From a virus (taxonomy: Duplodnaviria; Heunggongvirae; Uroviricota; Caudoviricetes), in the IMG/VR virus record IMGVR_UViG_2547132421_000005: a DNA stretch of 34,077 nt; one strand, written 5' to 3'. The position numbers and the translations under genes were made by a program. A model generated the notes under the pieces. That model saw only the letters and a list, made by a program, of their open reading frames with translations. It ran no database searches and was not told the origin of the DNA. This document shows, one piece after another, positions 1 to 9,004 of this stretch (position 1 is its first letter; each line of letters opens with the position of its first letter).

Positions 1-1284
1 TTACTTCTTCGCCTCTGCAACCACTTTACTACCCACGCCGCGGTTATTGTATTCCCACATGCGGTTGTAGTTAGTGTCATTCAGATTGCGCTGTATTTCG
101 TCGTTATCATCTACGCTGCCGGTATTACCCGCAAACGGACGATTAGAGATCACCGCATCGGCCCACGGTTTAGCCATGTTAAAACCTTCGTTGATGGCGC
201 TATCACGGATCACCACCTGACCGTTGGTATTGGCATCAACATCCAGCGAGCGGCCCAGTTGCGCCACACCATCACCGAAAGCATTGAAACGGCTGTTTAC
301 GGCGAGGAAACCGTAGTAAATGTTGGACAGCGTAGCCGGTGCAAACACATACGCTTCTTGCTGAGTACGTGAGTTCACCACGCGGAATTCGGTGTTATCG
401 AACACCACTGCGCCGCGACCAGAAACGATATCCACATCCCCTTCAATGTAGCTGTTGGTCACCAGCGTACGCGGCTGACGATTCGTTTCCAGACGGTTCT
501 GCACACCGCTGTTGGTGACAAAGAAGGTGTTCTGACGACCGAGAATGTTAACGTTGTTAATCTGTACCTGGTCACCATCAGTACGCAGTGCCACCGCCGG
601 ATGGTTACCTGCATCTACGCTATCGCCCAGCGTGTTTTCGATGGTCAGATTTTGCAGTTGCAGGCCATTGTTTTGTGACCAGAAGACCGCAGAGCAGAGA
701 ACACCGATACTGTCGCTGCGTTTGCTCTGGCAGCTATCGTACATATACCACGCTGGTTTACCTGGCATATATTTGCCGCGCGGGTTGACGTCGTGACGCC
801 AGTCGGCAGGGCTCATGCCACCATCAAGGGAAAGCCCAATCTTCACATCAATCGGTTTTTCACCTGTACCGTACAGAGTAATTCCACCCGGAGCGGCAGG
901 GACATATACCGTTCCCTGATACTCACCAGGCATCACGGCAATATACTGGCGCTTGTTGGTACGCTTGATAATTGCCGCATCTACCGCCGCCTGAATCGTG
1001 GTATGCGTTACACCTTGAGTGCCCGCCGGGCCGACAACAAAGTCAGGTTGCGCAGGCAGGGTAATCGGGGAAGGATTCCACGCTGCAGCACCTGGTGTCA
1101 GGGATGCAAAATAGTGTTGAGCATCGAAATTCTGCGCTTCTTTTGCCGACAGAATCGGGCGAGAAGAGGTACCAGGCGCGGTTTGATCAGAAGGACGTTG
1201 ATCGGGCGGGGTTGAGCTACAGGCGGTCAGCGTCACGCCAAAAGCCAATGCCAGCGCCAGACGGGAAACTGAAAATGTGTTCAC
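1..1284 (-). CDS. ybhC: Host lipoprotein YbhC (pectinesterase-family acyl-CoA thioesterase), complete 427 aa
   Basis: Track ORF 1..1284; N-terminus MNTFSVSRLALALAFGVTLTAC has a lipobox; recognised as E. coli YbhC, the gene next to lambda attB. GTG start. Confidence 0.85.
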   Translation of the reverse strand: MNTFSVSRLALALAFGVTLTACSSTPPDQRPSDQTAPGTSSRPILSAKEAQNFDAQHYFASLTPGAAAWNPSPITLPAQPDFVVGPAGTQGVTHTTIQAAVDAAIIKRTNKRQYIAVMPGEYQGTVYVPAAPGGITLYGTGEKPIDVKIGLSLDGGMSPADWRHDVNPRGKYMPGKPAWYMYDSCQSKRSDSIGVLCSAVFWSQNNGLQLQNLTIENTLGDSVDAGNHPAVALRTDGDQVQINNVNILGRQNTFFVTNSGVQNRLETNRQPRTLVTNSYIEGDVDIVSGRGAVVFDNTEFRVVNSRTQQEAYVFAPATLSNIYYGFLAVNSRFNAFGDGVAQLGRSLDVDANTNGQVVIRDSAINEGFNMAKPWADAVISNRPFAGNTGSVDDNDEIQRNLNDTNYNRMWEYNNRGVGSKVVAEAKK

Positions 1285-1330
1285 AGGTTGCTCCGGGCTA
1301 TGAAATAGAAAAATGAATCCGTTGAAGCCT

Positions 1331-1345
1331 GCTTTTTTATACTAA
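1331..1345. other. Prophage attL: lambda att core flanked by host B arm (left) and phage P' arm (right, to about 1420)
   Basis: Sequence gcttttttatactaa at 1331-1345 followed by gttggcattataaaaaagcattgcttatcaatttgttgcaacgaacaggtcactatcagtcaaaataaaatcatt, which I recognise as the lambda attP P' arm; int lies immediately to the right. Confidence 0.85.
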
Positions 1346-1418
1346 GTTGGCATTATAAAAAAGCATTGCTTATCAATTTGTTGCAACGAACAGGTCACTA
1401 TCAGTCAAAATAAAATCA

Positions 1419-2489
1419 TTATTTGATTTCAATTTTGTCCCACTCCCTGCCTCTGTCATCACGATACTGTGATGCCATGGTGTCCGACTTATGCCCGAGA
1501 AGATGTTGAGCAAACTTATCGCTTATCTGCTTCTCATAGAGTCTTGCAGACAAACTGCGCAACTCGTGAAAGGTAGGCGGATCCCCTTCGAAGGAAAGAC
1601 CTGATGCTTTTCGTGCGCGCATAAAATACCTTGATACTGTGCCGGATGAAAGCGGTTCGCGACGAGTAGATGCAATTATGGTTTCTCCGCCAAGAATCTC
1701 TTTGCATTTATCAAGTGTTTCCTTCATTGATATTCCGAGAGCATCAACATGCAATACTGTTGGGATGGCAATTTTTACGCCTGTTTTGCTTTGCTCGACA
1801 TAAAGATATCCATCTACGATATCAGACCACTTCATTTCGCATAAATCACCAACTCGTTGCCCGGTAACAACAGCCAGTTCCATTGCAAGTCTGAGCCAAC
1901 ATGGTGATGATTCTGCTGCTTGATAAATTTTCAGGTATTCGTCAGCCGTAAGTCTTGATCTCCTTACCTCTGATTTTGCTGCGCGAGTGGCAGCGACAGG
2001 GTTTGTTGTTATATGGCCTTCAGCTATTGCCTCTCGGAATGCATCGCTCAGTGTTGATCTGATTAACTTGGCTGACGCCGCCTTGCCCTCGTCTATGTAT
2101 CCATTGAGCATTGCCGCAATTTCTTTTGTGGTGATGTCTTCAAGTGGAGCATCAGGCAGACCCCTCCTTATTGCTTTAATTTTGCTCATGTAATTTATGA
2201 GTGTCTTCTGCTTGATTCCTCTGCTGGCCAGGATTTTTTCGTAGCGATCAAGCCATGAATGTAACGTAACGGAATTATCACTGTTGATTCTCGCTGTCAG
2301 AGGCTTGTGTTTGTGTCCTGAAAATAACTCAATGTTGGCCTGTATAGCTTCAGTGATTGCGATTCGCCTGTCTCTGCCTAATCCAAACTCTTTACCCGTC
2401 CTTGGGTCCCTGTAGCAGTAATATCCATTGTTTCTTATATAAAGGTTAGGGGGTAAATCCCGGCGCTCATGACTTCGCCTTCTTCCCAT
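1419..2489 (-). CDS. int: Lambda-type integrase (tyrosine recombinase), 356 aa
   Basis: Track ORF; MGRRRSHERRDLPPNLYIRNNGYYCYRDPRTGKEF matches lambda Int; length 356 aa as in lambda; 3' end overlaps the P' arm. Confidence 0.95.
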   Translation of the reverse strand: MGRRRSHERRDLPPNLYIRNNGYYCYRDPRTGKEFGLGRDRRIAITEAIQANIELFSGHKHKPLTARINSDNSVTLHSWLDRYEKILASRGIKQKTLINYMSKIKAIRRGLPDAPLEDITTKEIAAMLNGYIDEGKAASAKLIRSTLSDAFREAIAEGHITTNPVAATRAAKSEVRRSRLTADEYLKIYQAAESSPCWLRLAMELAVVTGQRVGDLCEMKWSDIVDGYLYVEQSKTGVKIAIPTVLHVDALGISMKETLDKCKEILGGETIIASTRREPLSSGTVSRYFMRARKASGLSFEGDPPTFHELRSLSARLYEKQISDKFAQHLLGHKSDTMASQYRDDRGREWDKIEIK

Positions 2490-2685
2490 TTCTGATCCTC
2501 TTCAAAAGGCTACCTGTTACTGGTCGATTTAAGTCAACCTTTACCGCTGATTCGTGGAACAGATACTCTCTTCCATCCTTAACCGGAGGAGGGAATATCC
2601 TGCACTCGCGTACCCATCGACGAACTGTTTCAAGGCTTCTTGGGCGTCGCTGGCGTGCGTTCCACTCCTGAAGTGTCAAGTACAT
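2467..2685 (-). CDS. xis: Excisionase Xis, 72 aa
   Basis: Track ORF; MYLTLQEWNARQRRPRSLETVRRWVRECRIFPPPVKDGREYLF matches lambda Xis; overlaps int start as in lambda. Confidence 0.95.
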   Translation of the reverse strand: MYLTLQEWNARQRRPRSLETVRRWVRECRIFPPPVKDGREYLFHESAVKVDLNRPVTGSLLKRIRNGKKAKS

Positions 2686-2712
2686 CGCAAAGTCTCCGCA
2701 ATTACACGCAAG

Positions 2713-2733
2713 AAAAAACCGCCATCAGGCGGC
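2713..2733 (-). terminator. Candidate intrinsic terminator (minus strand) just after a small ORF
   Basis: Forward aaaaaaccgccatcaggcgg: 5-bp GC stem ccgcc/ggcgg with 4-nt loop, followed on the minus strand by a run of six T. Read by eye. Confidence 0.35.
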
Positions 2734-2892
2734 TTGGTGTTCTTTCAGTTCTTCAATTCGAATATTGGTTACGTCTGCATGTGCTATCTGCGCCCATATC
2801 ATCCAGTGGTTATAACAGTCGTTGATGTTCTCTGCTTCGATAACCCTGTTGAATGGCTCTCCATTCCATTCACCTGTGACTCGGAAGTGCAT
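2725..2892 (-). CDS. Small hypothetical protein, 55 aa (not in ORF track, below size cutoff)
   Basis: My own translation of the minus strand: MHFRVTGEWNGEPFNRVIEAENINDCYNHWMIWAQIAHADVTNIRIEELKEHQAA; GGAG about 7 nt upstream of the ATG; ends in the terminator stem. Hand-read, unverified. Confidence 0.35.
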   Translation of the reverse strand: MHFRVTGEWNGEPFNRVIEAENINDCYNHWMIWAQIAHADVTNIRIEELKEHQAA

Positions 2893-2979
2893 TTATCATC
2901 TCCATAAAACAAAACTCGCCGTAGCGAGTTCAGATATAATTTCCACCAAAGGCAGTAGTTGCTTGATGCTAAGAATTAT

Positions 2980-3411
2980 TCAATATCTATTCCTGTAATA
3001 TCTTTTATCTTTTATCTTTTTCCTTGCAAAGCCTTTTGCTAGTGATTTTGAAACACTCATAAGTGTACTAATTCCCTCATCCTTAAAGTTTGTTTTTATA
3101 GCTTGCCAGACATCCTTTTGACGTAAGTCAGCAATAAAATCATGCCCTCTTGCTGTCAACCTCAGTGGTACTTCGATCCAACTATATCCAACACCTTCCC
3201 CTAACGCTTTGGACAATATATGACCGAACCCAGGTTTTCCATCAACCCTGACTATTAATTCGTAGTCACATAATAATCGCATATGGAAAATAAAATCTTG
3301 GTCATATCTATTAAAGCCATTATCCTCTAGTTCACTAAGCATCGTGTCAGGGCCACGAGTTTTTTCGAATGCGATAAGTAGATCTTTTAGATATTGCTGG
3401 TCTAATTTCAT
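2980..3411 (-). CDS. Hypothetical phage accessory protein, 143 aa (possibly a DUF2513-like family; uncertain)
   Basis: Track ORF; AT-rich coding sequence; no recognisable catalytic motif; lysine/arginine-rich C-terminus. Confidence 0.55.
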   Translation of the reverse strand: MKLDQQYLKDLLIAFEKTRGPDTMLSELEDNGFNRYDQDFIFHMRLLCDYELIVRVDGKPGFGHILSKALGEGVGYSWIEVPLRLTARGHDFIADLRQKDVWQAIKTNFKDEGISTLMSVSKSLAKGFARKKIKDKRYYRNRY

Positions 3412-3439
3412 TGCCGCCTCCGTGACATGTCACAGAGAT

Positions 3440-3778
3440 TTATATCATTAATTTTGTTTCGTGCCAGCCTTTGGTCACCCAGCATTGTGAGTCACCATTA
3501 CACGGGCATGAATTAACAGGAACTCTCTCGCCGCACTTACCGCACCGTTTTCTGCTGATCGATTTTATACGCCAGCGCACACGTGCATCATCCTGGCGGC
3601 TCAGTAACGCGATGTACTCACCAAACTCGCAAGGCGCACGCCTGAAGCGACGCGTGGCACAGTTACGCTCCAGCATTTCAATTTCCTGAGCATCAAGTAC
3701 AAGCTCCAGCTTACGCATACCGGATGATGCTTGCTTGGCTCTCTGATCGGCTTTGTGCTCTGTTGCTGATTTAGCCAT
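3440..3778 (-). CDS. Cys-rich small protein with C-terminal zinc-ribbon-like motif (possibly Ea8.5-like), 112 aa
   Basis: Track ORF; C-terminal RCGKCGERVPVNSCPCNGDSQC cysteine cluster; AGGA about 11 nt upstream of the ATG; position equivalent to the lambda ea region. Confidence 0.55.
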   Translation of the reverse strand: MAKSATEHKADQRAKQASSGMRKLELVLDAQEIEMLERNCATRRFRRAPCEFGEYIALLSRQDDARVRWRIKSISRKRCGKCGERVPVNSCPCNGDSQCWVTKGWHETKLMI

Positions 3779-3963
3779 TCTGCTTTTCCTGCATCAGGAG
3801 AAAGACAATCATGGCGGCGCGGATACTTCCGGTATCTTTTTACGCGATATTCCCCTTCAATGGCACATACAAGAAGAGAGCCATCAACAGGAGTGATTGA
3901 GGAATCGACAACCAGCAACGCTTAATTATCTATAGTGTCGTATTTGCTTCATAAAATATGGCG

Positions 3964-4007
3964 AATAACACAAAGCCCGCAGCAGCTCATTGTGCGGGCT
4001 TTTCTTA
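3964..4007. terminator. Hairpin terminator downstream of the secreted-protein gene
   Basis: aagcccgcagcagctcattgtgcgggctt: 7-bp stem gcccgca/tgcgggc; T-rich on the plus side (tttctta) and an A-run on the other side, so possibly bidirectional. Read by eye. Confidence 0.4.
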
Positions 4008-4071
4008 TACCTACTTCCTAGAGATAATTCTATGGAGGCATTAAATCAATACTGTCATTGGTAATATCATA

Positions 4072-4686
4072 TTATCTAAAAGTCTTTCCACTTTTAACAT
4101 CTAGGTATATTCTGTTCGACAACGTCATTCCTCCGCAATATGTGAAATAGATGTTTTCACCCTTATTGCTTGATGCCATCCACCCTCCGATTTCCTTAAA
4201 ATCGCTTTCCGTGCAGACCCCTTCATTTATTAACTTCCTAGCTGCCGAAGAAAACTCTTTTTTGTATATACGGTAGTCATCAGATCCTTTGATTAAAGTA
4301 TCATCTCCGCTCGCATTTTCAGCAGGATCTGATGGCCTTTCACTGCTAAGATCACTAAGTTTAACCCATTCTGAAAACTTGCCATTAACGATTCCATTTT
4401 TTCTTGTGCAGGATTTATTACCTTCTTTAATATATTCGCTTTCCCCTCCAACACATGAGGCTGAATATGGCTCAGTTATACGAACCCATTCACCTTTTTT
4501 TTCTAGAAAATCTACGCCTTCCCTGAAAAATAGTTTCCCAGCCACTCCACATTTACTTGAAGGGCAGGTATGTCTTTCCGTTCGATCAACAACAACCCAT
4601 AGTTTTGATTCATTTTTTGCCATTGCCGATGGTATTTGAGATGAGACAATTAACGTAAGCCCTAAAATTAGTATTGATTTTTTCAT
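4072..4686 (-). CDS. Secreted/periplasmic Cys-rich protein of unknown function, 204 aa
   Basis: Track ORF; N-terminal signal peptide MKKSILILGLTLIVSSQIPSAMA then mature region with about 10 Cys; AT-rich; own terminator downstream. Confidence 0.65.
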   Translation of the reverse strand: MKKSILILGLTLIVSSQIPSAMAKNESKLWVVVDRTERHTCPSSKCGVAGKLFFREGVDFLEKKGEWVRITEPYSASCVGGESEYIKEGNKSCTRKNGIVNGKFSEWVKLSDLSSERPSDPAENASGDDTLIKGSDDYRIYKKEFSSAARKLINEGVCTESDFKEIGGWMASSNKGENIYFTYCGGMTLSNRIYLDVKSGKTFR

Positions 4687-4984
4687 TGTAATTTCCTTTT
4701 ACTTTTTACAAAGCGTTTAATCATGGCTGATTATCTCTAAGTGTAGTAACAGCCTTGTGCGAAACATGTTACCAAATCGCCATTTCAGTGTATCCGCAGT
4801 TAGGCTGCCACTTCAAGGATTCCTAATTACATGGTACGTAAGCGTAAAATCCCGTTGGTTGGCGGGTAATAACTCTGATCAAATCTCCCTTGTCTTTTGC
4901 TCTTACGTATGCAGCTCTTGTGTATTCAACCCAGGCCTCCAGTTCAGCAATACGCTTACTTCCATCCGAGATAACACCTTCTAC

Positions 4985-5236
4985 TCACGCTGCTCGTTGA
5001 GTTTTGATTTTTGCTGTCTCCAGCTCAACACGCAGTTTCCCCACCGTTAGCGCAATATCCTCGTTCTCCTGGTCGCGGCGTTTGATGTATTGCTGGTTTC
5101 TTTCCCGTTCATCCAGCAGTGTCAGCACAATCGATGGTGTTACCAGCTCATGGAAAAGGTCCGCGTCAAATCCCCAGTTGTCAGGCATTGCCTGCTCTGC
5201 CGCTTCACGCAGTGCCTGAGAGTGAATTACGCTCAC
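4985..5236 (-). CDS. Hypothetical early-left protein, 83 aa, C-terminal coiled coil
   Basis: Track ORF; overlaps the start of the next gene by 4 nt. Confidence 0.5.
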   Translation of the reverse strand: MSVIHSQALREAAEQAMPDNWGFDADLFHELVTPSIVLTLLDERERNQQYIKRRDQENEDIALTVGKLRVELETAKIKTQRAA

Positions 5237-5454
5237 TTCGAACCTCTCTGTTTACTGATAAGCTCCAGATCTTCCTGGCAACTTGCACAAGTCCGACAAC
5301 CCTGAACGGCCAGGCGTCTTAGCTCATCTATGGGATCGCCACACTCACAACAATGAGTGGCAGATACAGCCTGGTGGTTCAGGCGGCGCATTTTTATTGC
5401 TGTGTTGCGCTGTAATTCTTCAATTTCTGATGCTGAATCAATGATGTCTGCCAT
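5233..5454 (-). CDS. TraR/DksA-family C4 zinc-finger protein (lambda orf73-like), 73 aa
   Basis: Track ORF; CCECGDPIDELRR...CRTCASCQ is the typical TraR/DksA C4 zinc-finger pattern. Confidence 0.8.
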   Translation of the reverse strand: MADIIDSASEIEELQRNTAIKMRRLNHQAVSATHCCECGDPIDELRRLAVQGCRTCASCQEDLELISKQRGSK

Positions 5455-5552
5455 CTTCCATTAATCCCTGAATTGTTGGTTAATACGCTTGGGGGTAAAT
5501 GCGAGCAATAAAAAAGGAGCCTGTAGCTCCCTGATAATTTTGCTTTTCATGT

Positions 5553-5768
5553 TCATCGTTCCTTAAAGACGCCGTTTAACATGCCGATTGCCAGGCTTAA
5601 ATGAGTCGGTGTGAATCCCATCAGCGTTACCGTTTCGCGGTGCTTCTTCAGTACGCTACGGCAAATGTCATCGACGTTTTTATCCGGAAACTGCTGTCTG
5701 GCTTTTTTGATTTCAGAATTAGCCTGACGGGCAATGCTGCGAAGGGCGTTTTCTTGCTGAGGTGTCAT
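5553..5768 (-). CDS. Hypothetical small protein (lambda orf61-position), 71 aa
   Basis: Within track ORF 5553..5834; I place the start at the internal Met (MTPQQENALRS...) because the upstream 22 codons overlap the neighbouring gene. Start uncertain. Confidence 0.45.
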   Translation of the reverse strand: MTPQQENALRSIARQANSEIKKARQQFPDKNVDDICRSVLKKHRETVTLMGFTPTHLSLAIGMLNGVFKER

Positions 5769-5844
5769 TGAACAAGCCCCATGTCGGCAAGCATAAGCAC
5801 ACAGAATATGAAGCCCGCTGCCAGAAAAATGCATTCAGTGGTTG

Positions 5845-6036
5845 TCATACCTGGTCTCTCTCATCTGCTTCTGCTTTCGCCACCATCATTTCCAGCTTTT
5901 GTGAAAGGGATGCGGCTAACGTATGAAATTCTTCGTCTGTTTCTACTGGTATTGGCACAAACCTGACTCCAATTTGAGCGAGGCTATGTGCCATCTCGAT
6001 ACACGTTCTTAACTCAACAGGAGATGCTTTGTGCAT
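5845..6036 (-). CDS. Hypothetical small protein (lambda orf63-position), 63 aa
   Basis: Track ORF; tightly packed with neighbours in the pL operon. Confidence 0.5.
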   Translation of the reverse strand: MHKASPVELRTCIEMAHSLAQIGVRFVPIPVETDEEFHTLAASLSQKLEMMVAKAEADERDQV

Positions 6037-6197
6037 ACAGCCCCCCGTTTATTATTTATCTCCTCAGCCAGCCGCTGTGCTTTCAGGGGATTTCTGATAA
6101 CAGAAAGGCCGGGAAATACCCAGCCTCGCTTTGTAACGGAGTAGACGAAAGTGATCGCACCTACCCGGATATTATCGTGAGGATGCTTCATCGCCAT
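6009..6197 (-). CDS. Hypothetical small protein (lambda orf60a-position), 62 aa
   Basis: Track ORF; start overlaps the exo stop, as orf60a does in lambda. Confidence 0.5.
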   Translation of the reverse strand: MAMKHPHDNIRVGAITFVYSVTKRGWVFPGLSVIRNPLKAQRLAEEINNKRGAVCTKHLLLS

Positions 6198-6868
6198 TGC
6201 TCCCCAAATACAAAACCAATTTCAGCCAGTGCCTCGTCCATTTTTTCGATGAACTCCGGCACCATCTCGTCAAAACTCGCCATGTACTTTTCATCCCGCT
6301 CAACCACGACATAATGCAGGCCTTCACGCTTCATACGCGGGTCATAGTTGGCAAAGTACCAGGCATCTTTTCGCGTCACCCACATGCTGTACTGCACCTG
6401 GGCCATGTAAGCCGACTTTATGGCCTCGAAACCACCGAGCCGGAACTTCATGAAATCCCGGGAGGTAAACGGGCATTTCAGCTCAAGGCCATTGCCGTCA
6501 CTGCATAAACCATCGGGAGAGCAGGCGGTACGCATACTTTCGTCGCGATAGATGATCGGGGATTCAGTAACATTCACGCCGGAAGTGAATTCAAACAGAG
6601 TTCTGGCGTCGTTCTCGTACTGTTTTCCCCATGCCAGCGCCTTAGCATTAACTTCCGGAGCCACACCGGTGCAAACCTCAGCCAGCAGGGTGTGGAAGTA
6701 GGACATTTTCATGTCAGGCCACTTTTTTCCGGAGCGGGGTTTTGCTATCACATTGTGAACTTCTGAAGCGGTGATGACGCCGAGCCGTAATTTGTGCCAC
6801 GCATCATCCCCCTGTTCGACAGCTCTCACGTCGATTCCGGTACGCTGCAGGATAATGTCCGGTGTCAT
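6188..6868 (-). CDS. exo: Lambda exonuclease (Red alpha), 226 aa
   Basis: Track ORF; [43 protein letters not shown] recognised as lambda Exo; same length. Confidence 0.95.
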   Translation of the reverse strand: MTPDIILQRTGIDVRAVEQGDDAWHKLRLGVITASEVHNVIAKPRSGKKWPDMKMSYFHTLLAEVCTGVAPEVNAKALAWGKQYENDARTLFEFTSGVNVTESPIIYRDESMRTACSPDGLCSDGNGLELKCPFTSRDFMKFRLGGFEAIKSAYMAQVQYSMWVTRKDAWYFANYDPRMKREGLHYVVVERDEKYMASFDEMVPEFIEKMDEALAEIGFVFGEQWR

Positions 6869-7650
6869 GCAGCCACCTTCTGCTCAGTGGCTTTCTGTTT
6901 CAGGAATCCAAGAGCTTTCACTGCTTCGGCCTGTGTCAGTTCTGACGATGCGCGAATGTCGCGGCGAAATATCTGGGAACAGAGCGGCAATAAGTCGTCA
7001 TCCCATGTTTTATCCAGGGCAATCAGCAGAGTGTTAATCTCCTGCATGGTTTCATCGTTAACCGGAGTGATGTCGCGTTCCGGCTGACGTTCTGCAGTGT
7101 ATGCGGTATTTTCGACAATGCGCTCGGCTTCATCCTTGTCATAGATACCAGCAAATCCGAAGGCGAGACGGGCACACTGAATCATGGCTTTATGCCGTAA
7201 CATCCGTTTGGGATGCGACTGCCACGGCCCCGTGATTTCTCTGCCTTCGCGGGTTTTGAATGGTTCGCGGCGGCATTCATCCATCCACTCGGTAACGCAG
7301 ATCGGATGATTGCGGTCTTTGCGGTAAATCCGGCATGTGCAGGATTCATTGTCCTGCTCAAAGTCCATGCCATCAAACTGCTGGTTTTCATTGATGATAC
7401 GGGACCAGCCATCAACGCCCACCACCGGAACGATGCCGTTCTGCTTGTCAGGGAAGGCGTAAATTTCTTTCGTCCACGGATTAAGGCCGTACTGGTTGGC
7501 GACGATCAGCAATGCGATGAACTGCGCATCGCTGGCATCACCTTTAAATGCCGTCTGGCGAAGAGTGGTGATCAGTTCCTGTGGGTCGACAGAATCCATG
7601 CCGACGCGTTCAGCCAGCTTCCCAGCCAGCGTTGCGAGTGCTGTACTCAT
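6865..7650 (-). CDS. bet: Red beta single-strand annealing protein, 261 aa
   Basis: Track ORF; [48 protein letters not shown] recognised as lambda Bet. Confidence 0.95.
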   Translation of the reverse strand: MSTALATLAGKLAERVGMDSVDPQELITTLRQTAFKGDASDAQFIALLIVANQYGLNPWTKEIYAFPDKQNGIVPVVGVDGWSRIINENQQFDGMDFEQDNESCTCRIYRKDRNHPICVTEWMDECRREPFKTREGREITGPWQSHPKRMLRHKAMIQCARLAFGFAGIYDKDEAERIVENTAYTAERQPERDITPVNDETMQEINTLLIALDKTWDDDLLPLCSQIFRRDIRASSELTQAEAVKALGFLKQKATEQKVAA

Positions 7651-7655
7651 CCGTT

Positions 7656-8072
7656 TTATACCTCTGAATCAATATCAACCTGGTGGTGAGCAATGGTTTC
7701 AACCATGTACCGGATGTGTTCTGCCATGCGCTCCTGAAACTCAACATCGTCATCAAACGCACGGGTAATGGCTTTTTTGCTGGCCCCGTGGCGTTGTAAA
7801 TGATCGATGCAGAGTGATTCAAACAGGTGCTGGGGCAGACCTTTTTCCATGTCGTCTGCCAGTTCTGCCTCTTTCTCTTCACGGGCGATCTGCTGGTAGT
7901 GACGCGTCCAGCTCTGAGCCTCAAGACGATCCTGAATGTAATAAGCGTTCATGGCTGAACTCCTGAAATAGCTGTGAAAATATCGCCCGCGAAATGCCGG
8001 GCTGATTAGGAAAACAGGAAAGGAGGTTAGTGAATGCTTTTGCTTGATCTCAGTTTCAGTATTAATATCCAT
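7656..8072 (-). CDS. gam: Gam (RecBCD inhibitor), 138 aa
   Basis: Track ORF; [16 protein letters not shown]...[10 protein letters not shown] recognised as lambda Gam. Confidence 0.95.
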   Translation of the reverse strand: MDINTETEIKQKHSLTSFPVFLISPAFRGRYFHSYFRSSAMNAYYIQDRLEAQSWTRHYQQIAREEKEAELADDMEKGLPQHLFESLCIDHLQRHGASKKAITRAFDDDVEFQERMAEHIRYMVETIAHHQVDIDSEV

Positions 8073-8170
8073 TTTTTATAAGCGTCGACGGCCTCACGAA
8101 ACATCTTTTCATCGCCAATAAAAGTGGCGATAGTGAATTTAGTCTGGATAGCCATAAGTGTTTGATCCAT
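8027..8170 (-). CDS. kil: Kil (host cell-division inhibitor), 47 aa
   Basis: Internal Met of track ORF 8027..8296: [47 protein letters not shown] matches lambda Kil; overlaps gam and cIII as in lambda. Confidence 0.85.
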   Translation of the reverse strand: MDQTLMAIQTKFTIATFIGDEKMFREAVDAYKKWILILKLRSSKSIH

Positions 8171-8303
8171 TTTTTGGGACTCCTGGCTGATTAAGTATGT
8201 CGATAAGGCGTTTCCATCCGTCACGTAATTTACGGGTGATTCGTTCAAGTAAAGATTCGGAAGGGCAGCCAGCAACAGGCCACCCTGCAATGGCATATTG
8301 CAT
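8139..8303 (-). CDS. cIII: CIII (FtsH inhibitor, stabilises CII), 54 aa
   Basis: My own translation of the minus strand from the ATG at 8303: MQYAIAGWPVAGCPSESLLERITRKLRDG..., matching lambda CIII; not in track (below cutoff). Confidence 0.75.
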   Translation of the reverse strand: MQYAIAGWPVAGCPSESLLERITRKLRDGWKRLIDILNQPGVPKNGSNTYGYPD

Positions 8304-8375
8304 GGTGTGCTCCTTATTTATACATAACGAAAAACGCCTCGAGTGAAGCGTTATTGGTATGCGGTAACGCCGCGC

Positions 8376-8744
8376 TCAGGCGGCTTTGATAGTCATATCA
8401 TCTGAATCAAATATTCCTGATGTATCGATATCGGTAATTCTTATTCCTTCGCTACCATCCATTGGAGGCCATCCTTCCTGACCATTTCCATCATTCCAGT
8501 CGAACTCACACACAACACCATATGCATTTAAGTCGCTTGAAATTGCTATAAGCAGAGCATGTTGCGCCAGCATGATTAATACAGCATTTAATACAGAGCC
8601 GTGTTTATTGAGTCGGTATTCAGAGTCTGACCAGAAATTATTAATCTGGTGAAGTTTTTCCTCTGTCATTACGTCATGGTCGATTTCAATTTCTATTGAT
8701 GCTTTCCAGTCGTAATCAATGATGTATTTTTTGATGTTTGACAT
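8376..8744 (-). CDS. ea10: Ea10-type single-strand binding protein, 122 aa
   Basis: Track ORF; same length and position as lambda ea10. Confidence 0.8.
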   Translation of the reverse strand: MSNIKKYIIDYDWKASIEIEIDHDVMTEEKLHQINNFWSDSEYRLNKHGSVLNAVLIMLAQHALLIAISSDLNAYGVVCEFDWNDGNGQEGWPPMDGSEGIRITDIDTSGIFDSDDMTIKAA

Positions 8745-8764
8745 CTATTCATATCCTCACAGAT

Positions 8765-8792
8765 AAAAAATCGCCCTCACATTGGAGGGCAA
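8765..8792 (-). terminator. Candidate tL2-like intrinsic terminator upstream of ea10 in the pL operon
   Basis: Forward tcgccctcacattggagggc: 6-bp stem gccctc/gagggc, followed on the minus strand by a run of six T. Read by eye. Confidence 0.4.
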
Positions 8793-9004
8793 AGAAGATT
8801 TCCAATAATCAGAACAAGTCGGCTCCTGTTTAGTTACGAGCGACATTGCTCAGTGTATTCACTCGTTGGAATGAATACACAGTGCAGTGTTTATTAGTAT
8901 GCCTGTCTTTTAACCACATCAGGCTCGGTGGTTCTCGTGTACCCCTACAGCGAGAAATCGGATAAACTCTATTCACCCCTACAGAGAGCAAAAGAGAAAC
9001 GCCG

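Noticed and set aside
545-1316. Several plus-strand ORFs (545..796, 588..788, 793..1215, 1095..1316) inside the ybhC region
   Set aside because: They are antisense to a well-recognised complete host gene, lack ribosome-binding sites and have arginine-rich low-complexity translations typical of spurious antisense frames.
3601-3918. 105-aa minus-strand ORF overlapping the 112-aa zinc-ribbon gene; its N-terminal stretch (LVVDSSITPVDGSLLVCAIEGEYRVKRY) vaguely resembles the beta-strand core of LexA/UmuD-type S24 peptidases
   Set aside because: It starts on TTG with an in-frame stop 2 codons upstream, lacks the catalytic Ser motif, and overlaps a better-supported gene in another frame. The resemblance is too short to support a call; at most a relic.
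7182-7768. Plus-strand ORFs 7213..7689 and 7496..7768 and minus-strand 7182..7415 and 7610..7924, overlapping bet and gam
   Set aside because: They are alternative-frame or antisense ORFs within strongly recognised genes; no independent support.
8027-8296. 89-aa track ORF spanning kil
   Set aside because: Only the C-terminal 47 codons correspond to Kil. The upstream part is out of frame with cIII, which occupies 8139-8303 in another frame, so the long ORF is an artefact of ORF extension.
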